From the NCBI GenBank assembly GCA_041742965.1, contig JBGTNQ010000012.1:1379-65378 (forward strand): a DNA stretch of 64,000 nucleotides, in the 5' to 3' direction. A program made the translations under genes and the position numbers. The notes under the pieces are model-generated. The model ran no database searches. It was not told the origin of the DNA and saw nothing but the letters and a program-made list of their open reading frames with translations. This document shows positions 28,515-36,284 of the stretch, in pieces. Origin of the DNA: Minisyncoccia bacterium (GTDB lineage: Bacteria; Patescibacteriota; Minisyncoccia; Phycocordibacterales; Zambryskibacteraceae). Position 1 is the stretch's first letter. Each line of letters begins with the position of its first letter.

Positions 28515-29393
28515 ATGGAGATATTCAAGAAAATACATAACTTCCTTGGAAATAAAAGTGCTTTTATAGCGGGGCTTTTGGCCGTGCTCATTATCCCTAT
28601 ATCTTTCTCTTTCGCAGAATGGAAAAATGATTCTCTCCCCTATCCGCCTGATTTATATGCAATGTGTTTTGACGGTATAGACAATGACGAAGATGGAAGG
28701 GTGGATCTCGATGACCCTGATTGTCCTAAATGCTACGATAGAATCGACAACGATGGAGACGGTCTAATTGATGAAGAGGATCCTGATTGTCCAAACTATG
28801 TTGGTGAAAAGAAAAAAACTTTCGGAGAAATACTAGGGGCGTTTTTCTCAGATGGCGGATCAGTAAACTCTGGGGGCTCTATTGAAGGTGGTGGACCTAT
28901 CACCTCTGGTGGATCTATTGGAAGTAGTGGTTCTATAGTCTCTTGTAACGAAGTGCGCGCAGAACTTGTAAGGAACCCTGATAAAAATGGACCTAGATAT
29001 ATCTATGAATTTGAATGTGTAAATGAAATTGATTTAGGGGGACGTATACGCTCTGGCAGTTCTATAGACTCTGGAGGAAGAATCAGAAGCGGAGGAAGCA
29101 TTAGCTCTAGTGAAACAGTATCATCCGGTGGTTCTGTACAAAGTGGAGGATCAATAAATTCTAGTGGAGCAATTGGAGAAGGAGGAAATATTTCTTCTGG
29201 AGGGACCATATCAGCTGAAGGAACTATAAATAGTGGTGGTCAAATATCTTCCAGTGGAGCAGTATCATCCGGTGGATATATTCAATACGCCGGTTCTATC
29301 TACTCCGGAGGATCAGTGAGCTCTGGTGGCTCAATAAACTCTGGAGGTTCTGTGGGCTTTGGGGGATCAATTTACTCTGGGGGTACTATATAA
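28515..29393 (+). CDS. Membrane-anchored or secreted protein with DxDxDG repeats and SGGxI hexapeptide repeats
   Basis: N-terminal TM; two C.D.IDND.DG..D..DPDC repeats; more than 20 six-residue SGG(S/T)(I/V)x repeats. Confidence 0.7.
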   Translation: MEIFKKIHNFLGNKSAFIAGLLAVLIIPISFSFAEWKNDSLPYPPDLYAMCFDGIDNDEDGRVDLDDPDCPKCYDRIDNDGDGLIDEEDPDCPNYVGEKKKTFGEILGAFFSDGGSVNSGGSIEGGGPITSGGSIGSSGSIVSCNEVRAELVRNPDKNGPRYIYEFECVNEIDLGGRIRSGSSIDSGGRIRSGGSISSSETVSSGGSVQSGGSINSSGAIGEGGNISSGGTISAEGTINSGGQISSSGAVSSGGYIQYAGSIYSGGSVSSGGSINSGGSVGFGGSIYSGGTI

Positions 29394-29400
29394 TTTCTAA

Positions 29401-30306
29401 ATGAAACAAAAAGTTATCACCATAGTCGGACCCACAGCGTCTGGCAAAAGTGGTTTGGCTGTATACATAGCAAAAAAATATAACGGCGAAGTCATATCCG
29501 CAGACTCTCGTCAAATATACAAAAACTTAGATATTGGTACTGGAAAAATTACAAAAAAAGAAATGCTGGGTATCCCCCACCATCTTTTGAGTTTGGTGGA
29601 TTCGAAAAAACAATTTAATGTCAGTCAGTACACCAGACTAGCAAATACTGCCATTAAAGATATTGGTTCGAGAAAAAAAATGCCGATTATATGTGGTGGC
29701 ACAGGACTTTATATAGACGCCCTTCTTCTTGGATTACAATTTCCAGAAGTAAAACCTGATAAAAATCTTCGAGCCAAACTAGAGAAAAAAACAGCTAGCG
29801 AACTTTTTTTGATTCTAAAAAAACTGGACCAAAGAAGGGCAAGGGACATAGATAAGAACAATAAAGTTCGTCTGGTTAGAGCTATTGAAATCGCCAAATC
29901 TTTGGGGCATGTACCAAATCTAAAGAAAAAAAATACTGATTTTGATGTTCTTTGGATCGGAATAAGGCCAGATGACGAAACTCTCAAAAAAAATATTTCG
30001 AAAAGACTCACAGCAAGAATGAAAAGAGGAATGATATCTGAAGGAAAGAAGCTCAAAAAAAACGGTTTAAGCTTAAGGAGGTTTGATAGTCTCGGTCTTG
30101 AATATAGATACTTAGGAAAATTTCTAAAAAAAGAACTGACTAAAAAAGAAATGTTGGAAAAACTCGAAAAAGAGATATGGCAATATGCTAGAAGACAGAT
30201 AACTTGGTTTAAGAGGAATAAGGATATAGTTTGGTTTAAAGACAATTCAAAATATAGTTCACAAAAAATTATTGGAGTTATAAATAAGTGGCATTTGAAA
30301 GGATAG
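29401..30306 (+). CDS. miaA: tRNA dimethylallyltransferase
   Basis: GPTASGKS, SADSRQIY, GGTGLY, YARRQITWF motifs. Confidence 0.95.
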   Translation: MKQKVITIVGPTASGKSGLAVYIAKKYNGEVISADSRQIYKNLDIGTGKITKKEMLGIPHHLLSLVDSKKQFNVSQYTRLANTAIKDIGSRKKMPIICGGTGLYIDALLLGLQFPEVKPDKNLRAKLEKKTASELFLILKKLDQRRARDIDKNNKVRLVRAIEIAKSLGHVPNLKKKNTDFDVLWIGIRPDDETLKKNISKRLTARMKRGMISEGKKLKKNGLSLRRFDSLGLEYRYLGKFLKKELTKKEMLEKLEKEIWQYARRQITWFKRNKDIVWFKDNSKYSSQKIIGVINKWHLKG

Positions 30307-30345
30307 TGAGTTATCTGGTAGGATGAGCTTCTGTGAGAGTGATAC

Positions 30346-30416
30346 GGGCGATTAGTTTAGTGGTAGAACAGCGGTCTCCAAAACCGCTGGCGAGGGTTCG
30401 ATTCCTTCATCGCCCG
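30346..30416 (+). tRNA. tRNA-Trp(CCA)
   Basis: Acceptor GGGCGAT/ATCGCCC; anticodon loop CTCCAAA. Confidence 0.93.
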
Positions 30417-30569
30417 CAATGATTCACGAAAACAGCCGGGGGCTGTTTGAGTGATTTATCAATGCGAGGTGGATGAGGAATCGAAAGCCGGAGGCAGACG
30501 TGCCGAGGCGGGGTCGAGAGATTTTTCAGCAGAAAAATACTCGTGACCGATTCCTTCATCGCCCGCAAT
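30417..30569 (+). mobile_element. Target-duplicating structured element after tRNA-Trp
   Basis: 30399..30420 duplicated at 30548..30569; core AGCCGGAG..CGAGGCGGGGTCG..CGTGACC. Confidence 0.8.
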
Positions 30570-30588
30570 CTAGTTATATTTATATATC

Positions 30589-31797
30589 CTATATCCTAGG
30601 AATCTCCGGATTTATGCGTGTAAGAGTTTCGTAATTTATTGTTCCCGCTAATTGTGCGACCTCTTCTGCAGAGATACTGCCTTTACCATCTTTACCTATT
30701 AAGGTGACTATTGTTCCCGGCTTCGCCCCCCTTATATTATTTAAATTAACGACCATCATATCCATCGATATTGTGCCCAAAACTTTAGCCTTTTTCCCAT
30801 TAACTAAAACTATTCCTTTTTTAGAAAGAGCGCGGGGATATCCATGCCAATAACCAACGGGGCAAATACCAATCTTTGTATCTCTAGAAACCTTTTCAGT
30901 AAGCCCATAACCTAGAGCATCACCATTTTTTATATTTTTTATTTCTGAGATAATTGTTTTCCAAGAAAGAGCTGGGATAAGTTTTTTTATTTTATGTTTT
31001 TTAGAAATCCAATCAGATGGGTATATGCCATAGAGAGCAATCCCCGCTCGGACATAGTCATATTTTTTCTTTAATTTTAAAAATACCCCAGAACTTGAAA
31101 ACAAATGCTTCTCCAATTTATAACCAGCAGTATCAAAAAAAGTGGCCCACTCTTCAAACCTTTTAATCTGCTTGTTGGTAAAACCTCTGCCACCGCGCTC
31201 GTCTAACACTGCGCAATGAGAATAGAGACCATTTATTTTCACCCCGTTAGAGAACGCTCCGTAGGTGTTTCCTCCCGTATGAACATTGGGTCCAGTGCCA
31301 CTTGTAAGTTCTCTAGCGGGGCTTACTGCCATCGGTAGTTTGTTTAAAAGAGAAAGGACTTCTCTTCTGTCACTTTCTAGAAAACCCTGTCTATGAAGTC
31401 CAGTATCTACTTTCAGAGAAACAAGTAGTGGTTTTTTACTTTTAAATCTCAAGAGGTCCTTCAAAGAATCGATACTTGAAATCGTGAGCTCAATATCTCT
31501 TCTAGACGCCTCTTGGAAATGAGAGTCTAAAGTAAAACCCAAAACAAGTACAGGCGCCTTAATACCAGCCTTCCTTAAAATGATCGCTTCTTCAAAAGAA
31601 TCTACAGCAAACTTTGAAGCAAATTTTTTTTCTAATATCTGTGAAATACCAACAATGCCATGACCGTAGGCATTTGATTTTACAACTGCCATAAGTTTGG
31701 TTCCTTTTGGTAGCAAGCCTTGAATCACGGTCATATTGTGAACCAAAGCCTTAGTATCTATCTCTACCCAAGTCCTAGTGTTAGGCTTAATTTTCAT
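30589..31797 (-). CDS. alr: Alanine racemase (with in-frame insert)
   Basis: AVVKSNAYGHG PLP-lysine motif, KVDTGLHRQG, GYG, ISMDM, GTINYE. Confidence 0.94.
   Translation of the reverse strand: MKIKPNTRTWVEIDTKALVHNMTVIQGLLPKGTKLMAVVKSNAYGHGIVGISQILEKKFASKFAVDSFEEAIILRKAGIKAPVLVLGFTLDSHFQEASRRDIELTISSIDSLKDLLRFKSKKPLLVSLKVDTGLHRQGFLESDRREVLSLLNKLPMAVSPARELTSGTGPNVHTGGNTYGAFSNGVKINGLYSHCAVLDERGGRGFTNKQIKRFEEWATFFDTAGYKLEKHLFSSSGVFLKLKKKYDYVRAGIALYGIYPSDWISKKHKIKKLIPALSWKTIISEIKNIKNGDALGYGLTEKVSRDTKIGICPVGYWHGYPRALSKKGIVLVNGKKAKVLGTISMDMMVVNLNNIRGAKPGTIVTLIGKDGKGSISAEEVAQLAGTINYETLTRINPEIPRI
31241..31323. mobile_element. MITE-like in-frame insertion in alr
   Basis: Terminal inverted repeats ACCCCGTTAGAGAAC/GTTCTCTAGCGGGGC; encodes about SPARELTSGTGPNVHTGGNTYGAFSNGV. 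Confidence 0.65.
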
Positions 31798-31894
31798 GAA
31801 TCCATAATACACGAGCGCCCATAAAACAACATTCCAACATTCTGGAGAATGTTGGAATGTTGTTTAGATTTAAGTATATAAAATAGACCTAATG

Positions 31895-32050
31895 CTACTT
31901 TTTTGCCTCCTTGAAAACCACTCTCTTTCGGAGCTTTTTGCTGTACTTTTTGAGCTCAATCTTTCGCTCAACCTTCTTTTTATTCTTGCGAGTATAATAG
32001 ACCTCCTTGGTCTCCTTATTCCTCAACACAATAAGATTATCTTGTGACAT
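31895..32050 (-). CDS. rpmG: 50S ribosomal protein L33 (cysteine-free type)
   Basis: YYTRKNKK....KIELKKY....RKRVVFKEAK. Confidence 0.9.
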   Translation of the reverse strand: MSQDNLIVLRNKETKEVYYTRKNKKKVERKIELKKYSKKLRKRVVFKEAKK

Positions 32051-32125
32051 AGTAGAAGCTAGAATAGCATGTAAATATAAAATTGCAAATAGACAATGAG
32101 CCATACCAGATTACTCCGGCATGGC

Positions 32126-32602
32126 TCATTTTTGAGCTCTTGTAGGCAGGAATCGGCCACGACACCAAGCCACAGAATACTTGGTCAGAGTTCCAGTGAG
32201 AAAGCACATCACTAGATGTGCTAGGCACCCAGGAACCACCTGCAAAATCGAGACTCCTGCAACTAAAGAACTTGCCGTGTATGTTGGTAAAATGAAAGCC
32301 GACAAGAGAAAGCCATCAACCAACATGACCCAAACTAACGATGAGCCCTTCGGAGCATAGCGCGCGCTAACAAACTCAACCCTAGCAGTATAATACTTGC
32401 TCAGCACATACTTAGAACACAAGTAAATGATATGAGCAGTACCAACCTGCGCCAAAGAAAACCCCCCTATGAATTTGCTAATCAGGGGCACCACCCCTCC
32501 CAAGGGAATACCCACCAAGAGAAGTCCTAGGTTTCCAACAAACCACTCTCTGAGGGTAAGATAGGCGGATTGCCAGCTCCACTTTCTGAAACTCAGTATC
32601 AA
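32126..32602 (-). CDS. Hypothetical membrane protein (orphan)
   Basis: 4 hydrophobic segments; TTGACT-N16-TAGCAT promoter and G-rich SD. Confidence 0.55.
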   Translation of the reverse strand: MILSFRKWSWQSAYLTLREWFVGNLGLLLVGIPLGGVVPLISKFIGGFSLAQVGTAHIIYLCSKYVLSKYYTARVEFVSARYAPKGSSLVWVMLVDGFLLSAFILPTYTASSLVAGVSILQVVPGCLAHLVMCFLTGTLTKYSVAWCRGRFLPTRAQK

Positions 32603-32691
32603 AACACACCCCCTTTCCTATTCTAGAGTTGGAAACAGTGTACATCTTTCTCGAATGCTATCCCAAGAAAACAAATAGTCAAATCTTATTT

Positions 32692-32820
32692 TTAAAAGAG
32701 TAGCCTAGCTAGAAGTACCACAAGTGCGATAACAAGTAATGTATGTACTAAATTACCGCCAACATTAAAACTAAAGCCTAGGAGCCAGAGAACCAATAAA
32801 ACTATAATTATAGTCCACAT
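32692..32820 (-). CDS. Second lmo0937-family small membrane protein, 42 aa
   Basis: Manual translation MWTIIIVLLVLWLLGFSFNVGGNLVHTLLVIALVVLLARLLF. Confidence 0.75.
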   Translation of the reverse strand: MWTIIIVLLVLWLLGFSFNVGGNLVHTLLVIALVVLLARLLF

Positions 32821-32841
32821 ATTTTTATTTAATTAATTAAA

Positions 32842-33387
32842 TCAATCAATCAATAATAAGCACAATAAAGACACTGGGGGTAGAATATGCAAAGCCTTGA
32901 GTTTCTGAAGTCCTCGATGTACCTGCACCGCAATGGTATTCTTTGATTTTTTACTGATTAGGGACATTTCTTCAAGAGTTAGGCCTTTTACATATTTCAT
33001 AGTCATCACTTCACGATACTTAGCTGGAAGTCTTTCAATAAGAGAAGCGGCGGTATTTCCATCTATGGAATCAAACAATCGATCGGAATCATCAATCCCC
33101 GGTTCAAACCCCTTCTCTAAAAGACTGTCTAGGGAGGTTGGCTTGCGTTTTCTATACTGGTCTATAATAAGGCCATTCAAGACATGATAAAGAAATGCTT
33201 TCATTAGATGAATTTTTCCACCCTTAACAAGATACTTCCAGGTCTTTAGAAAAGTTTCTTGAACCATATCCTCGCTCACACCAGGGTCATTTAATTTAAA
33301 GAAGGCGTGCTTATTGAGGCTTTTGTTGTGATCTTCATAAGCCACGGTCATTGTAGCTTGTAGTTTTGTATTATCTTTTCGAGTCAT
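32842..33387 (-). CDS. ECF-type sigma-70 factor
   Basis: EDMVQETFLKTW (region 2), LIIDQYRK, LPAKYRE...TIAVQVHRG (region 4). Confidence 0.9.
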   Translation of the reverse strand: MTRKDNTKLQATMTVAYEDHNKSLNKHAFFKLNDPGVSEDMVQETFLKTWKYLVKGGKIHLMKAFLYHVLNGLIIDQYRKRKPTSLDSLLEKGFEPGIDDSDRLFDSIDGNTAASLIERLPAKYREVMTMKYVKGLTLEEMSLISKKSKNTIAVQVHRGLQKLKALHILPPVSLLCLLLID

Positions 33388-33405
33388 GGTGATTATATAT
33401 ATGGA

Positions 33406-33431
33406 GCCGAAACAGAAGAGGTATTATTACC
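33406..33431 (-). promoter_or_regulatory. Candidate autoregulatory ECF promoter GGTAAT-N16-CGGC
   Basis: Shares motif and spacing with 35872..35897. Confidence 0.5.
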
Positions 33432-33626
33432 AAAGTATTACTTTGATTACCTTAAATCCTAATATACCTATACCACTGGGCATTTGACTGCTGTGTCTCT
33501 GATTTATCTATTACAAGACGATTACATAAAAACAAGAAGGGGAAGATCTAAACAGATTCTCATTATATCACAAATAGTTCAAAATTTCTTTTGCAATATT
33601 TTACACCAAGATTCGGCTTCAAGAGT

Positions 33627-34217
33627 ATGGAAACAAGCAAAAACAACCCGTGGGCAGGTATGAAACCAAATGGGTCTCAATTCTTCTTTGAAAAGTTGTG
33701 GGGAGAAAGCTGGACATACATCAAAACAGTAGTGGATGTCGTGCGAGAACCTGTTTTGGTATTAGACAAAGATCTTTGTGTATTGGCTGCCAATGAGCCA
33801 TTTTACAAAACATTCAAAGTTACACCAGAAGACACGGAAAACAGACTAGTCTATGAGCTTGGAAATGGTCAGTGGGATATCCATTCACTAAAAAAACTTT
33901 TAGAAGATATTCTACCAGAAGACTCTTTCTTCAAAGGTTTTGAAGTAGCACATGACTTCCCCTCTATTGGAAGGAAATTGATGATTTTAAATGCGCGTAG
34001 AATATATAAAAACACACCAGCTACAGAAAAATTCCCGCCTATTATTCTACTTGCTATAGAAGACATAACCCAAATGGTAGAGGTGGCTGAAAAACTGGCT
34101 GATCATAGAAAACAATTTGAAACCAAACTAACAGAGAGAACACAAAAACTAGAAATTCATATAGGACAACTCGAAGATGAGATTGATGCCTTAAAAAGGA
34201 AGTCTCTTCAATATTAG
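33627..34217 (+). CDS. Stand-alone PAS-domain protein with C-terminal coiled coil
   Basis: VREPVLVLD.DL.V..AN..FY..F...ELGNGQW...NARRI...ILLAIEDIT. Confidence 0.8.
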   Translation: METSKNNPWAGMKPNGSQFFFEKLWGESWTYIKTVVDVVREPVLVLDKDLCVLAANEPFYKTFKVTPEDTENRLVYELGNGQWDIHSLKKLLEDILPEDSFFKGFEVAHDFPSIGRKLMILNARRIYKNTPATEKFPPIILLAIEDITQMVEVAEKLADHRKQFETKLTERTQKLEIHIGQLEDEIDALKRKSLQY

Positions 34218-34465
34218 AATGCGCCCAAAATAAAAGTATTTAACCTCGGGACAAGCCCCGAGGTTAAACTTTTTGTTACGACATCGACTTGGGCGCTGAG
34301 AACGAGAATACTCGTCAACACACTCCTCGCTAGTCGTAATTAATGAATAGACCACCACCCCGTAAGGACGCGTTCTATTGCTCAGAAATCCTTATCGGCT
34401 AATTCGCACGAATTAGCCGATAGAGATATGTGTGTGTAGTGGTTAAGGTGAAGCCTGAATACAAC

Positions 34466-35164
34466 TCAAACAGGTGTTACGAGCTCCGTGAAAACGACTG
34501 TCCTTTTGGTATAAAGCCTTTGGTCTGCTATCCAATCTCCAGAACAAGTTATTAAGTTGAGGCGAGACTTTGAATCATTACTAAGAAATACATCCTCCGT
34601 TGGAGCATCGTGTTCATATACCACAACATTAACAACCTTAAACTCTAATATTTTTCCTCTTTTATCTATGACCTTCACCACATCGCCCAAAGTTAATTTA
34701 TTTAGATCATAAAAAATGGCCTCAGGAACATTTCTTCCATCTACATGACCGGCAATAACCGCGCTTCCTGGCATCCCAGGGGCTACTCCACGGTTATACC
34801 AAGCTACTTCGGTAAAGTTTGAGGGAATGCCCATATTGCCACTGTCAGTTAACCCCACACTCTGAATCGTAGTATCCACCCCAATCGAGGGTATAAGTAT
34901 TCTCGCTGGTTTATCGGGCGCATCAAAAGAGGAACCGGAATCAATCTTTATAGAAAAATCTTCTGCTACCTCATTATTTAAAAAAGAATCTTGAACCACC
35001 CCAATATAGGGATTTTGCACTACATCAATAGTGGGACCCTTAGCTATCTGACTATGGGTCTGTATTTGAAAAAAAACCGAAAGGCCTGCTGAAAGCAGGC
35101 CTACGCTAAGGAATAGGAGAAATACCCTTTTCCAATAATATAATTTTGTAGAATTGGCCCTCAT
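34466..35164 (-). CDS. Class F sortase
   Basis: IPSIGV, WY..G..PG.PGSAVIAGHVD, LNLITC, RTVV. Confidence 0.9.
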   Translation of the reverse strand: MRANSTKLYYWKRVFLLFLSVGLLSAGLSVFFQIQTHSQIAKGPTIDVVQNPYIGVVQDSFLNNEVAEDFSIKIDSGSSFDAPDKPARILIPSIGVDTTIQSVGLTDSGNMGIPSNFTEVAWYNRGVAPGMPGSAVIAGHVDGRNVPEAIFYDLNKLTLGDVVKVIDKRGKILEFKVVNVVVYEHDAPTEDVFLSNDSKSRLNLITCSGDWIADQRLYTKRTVVFTELVTPV

Positions 35165-35199
35165 ATCACATAGTAGCGCCGGTTTGGCGGATTACTTCT

Positions 35200-35814
35200 T
35201 TATTGACCGTAACCACCACCAGTATTTGGAAATCCAGGAGTTGTTGGCACAGATACAACATTTGAGAAAACATTTGTTGCACATGTCGCAATAAGCCCAT
35301 TACTAGTAACACTCAGAGTTTTAAGACCTATCGATGCATAGTTTGCAGTAAATCCTGATCCATTTGGATTAGCAATAGTTAGATCTGGAGAAGACCAGGA
35401 ATACTCCCCATTACCACCAGAAGCAGAGAAGGTGGCATTTTGACCCAACATAACACTTTGTACTGCGGGAGAACAAGAGAGATTACCACTAGAAGATTGC
35501 GTGCCCGAAACGATCACATTACACATCGCTGTCTGTCCACCACTAGATACATTTACTTGAAATGTCCCAGTATTTGGATAGCTGACCGCGAATTGAGTAC
35601 CGGAAGAATTTGTAACATTCAAATCCTGACCAGACCAAAAGTAAGTTCCAGTACCACCAGAAGCAGTAAGAACCATTACCTCATTTACATTAACAGAAGA
35701 TGACCCTGTACTACAGCTCAAAGTAGGAGTGGTCTGAGCAAAGCTCAGTGTACCAAAACTCATACCCAAAACCATAATAATAGCCATTAGTAACATAGGT
35801 AGATATTTTTTCAT
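35200..35814 (-). CDS. Secreted Ser/Thr/Gly-rich protein with two Ig-like repeats and a terminal FPNTG motif
   Basis: Signal peptide; internal duplication LSC...ASGG.G.Y.WS; C-terminal PGFPNTGGG. Confidence 0.75.
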   Translation of the reverse strand: MKKYLPMLLMAIIMVLGMSFGTLSFAQTTPTLSCSTGSSSVNVNEVMVLTASGGTGTYFWSGQDLNVTNSSGTQFAVSYPNTGTFQVNVSSGGQTAMCNVIVSGTQSSSGNLSCSPAVQSVMLGQNATFSASGGNGEYSWSSPDLTIANPNGSGFTANYASIGLKTLSVTSNGLIATCATNVFSNVVSVPTTPGFPNTGGGYGQ

Positions 35815-35871
35815 TTTATATATTTTTTATTTTTAATACGGATAATTCGACCTTTTCCATACAACAACGGA

Positions 35872-35897
35872 GCCGAATTACCTCTGGAGGTATTACA
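35872..35897 (-). promoter_or_regulatory. Candidate ECF promoter TGTAAT-N16-CGGC
   Basis: Upstream of the sortase-substrate/sortase operon. Confidence 0.5.
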
Positions 35898-35918
35898 AAT
35901 ATAAAAAATGCTCAAAGC

Positions 35919-35947
35919 CCCACTTGGAAACTTAGTTTCCAAGTGGG
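35919..35947. repeat. Palindromic REP-like repeat CACTTGGAAAC-N3-GTTTCCAAGTG (copy 1 of 3)
   Basis: Also present at about 59675..59699 and 63480..63504. Confidence 0.8.
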
Positions 35948-36006
35948 GCTTTGAGGTATTGAAAATCTCAGTGTTTATACTGAGCGGACTAAGCGAGTCG
36001 GAGTAT

Positions 36007-36162
36007 CGCCGGGAAGGATTCGGTCAGGAGTTTTCGTCTACTGACAAAACTCACAACCCTGCCTCCCTCGCCTTCGCTCGGTCCGGCTTTCTCGTCTCTA
36101 CCCGGACAGCACCGACTTGCAAAAAAGCTGAGTCCTCATGACTCAGCTTTTTTTAGCAAGTG
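36007..36162 (-). mobile_element. Target-duplicating structured element after tRNA-Tyr (degenerate)
   Basis: 36165..36180 duplicated at 36007..36022; core AGCCGGAC..GAGGCAGGGTTG..CCTGACC. Confidence 0.7.
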
Positions 36163-36245
36163 TGCGCCGGGAAGGATTCGAACCTTCGTAGCCCGAAGGC
36201 GAGAGATTTACAGTCTCTTGTAATTGACCACTCTACCACCGACGC
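36163..36245 (-). tRNA. tRNA-Tyr(GTA)
   Basis: Cloverleaf with long variable arm; anticodon loop CTGTAAA. Confidence 0.93.
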
Positions 36246-36284
36246 AATGTCCTCCATTCTATCGGAGAGCTGATATTTTACAAG

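Noticed and set aside
30417-30548. Known self-cleaving ribozyme (hammerhead or HDV-like/theta) after tRNA
   Set aside because: No CUGANGA/GAAA core and no nested double-pseudoknot pattern could be recognised by eye; needs cmscan to exclude formally.
30399-30569. Prophage or ICE attL/attR at duplicated tRNA 3' ends
   Set aside because: Only about 130-190 bp lie between the duplicates, with no integrase or cargo; a remnant origin cannot be fully excluded.
31826-31863. Long perfect palindrome AACAACATTCCAACATTCT...AGAATGTTGGAATGTTGTT as parS or a mobile element
   Set aside because: No match to the parS consensus and only a single copy; most simply a terminator downstream of rpmG.
34425-34465. 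tRNA-like TAGTGGTTAAGG motif
   Set aside because: No acceptor stem, anticodon arm or T-loop can be formed.
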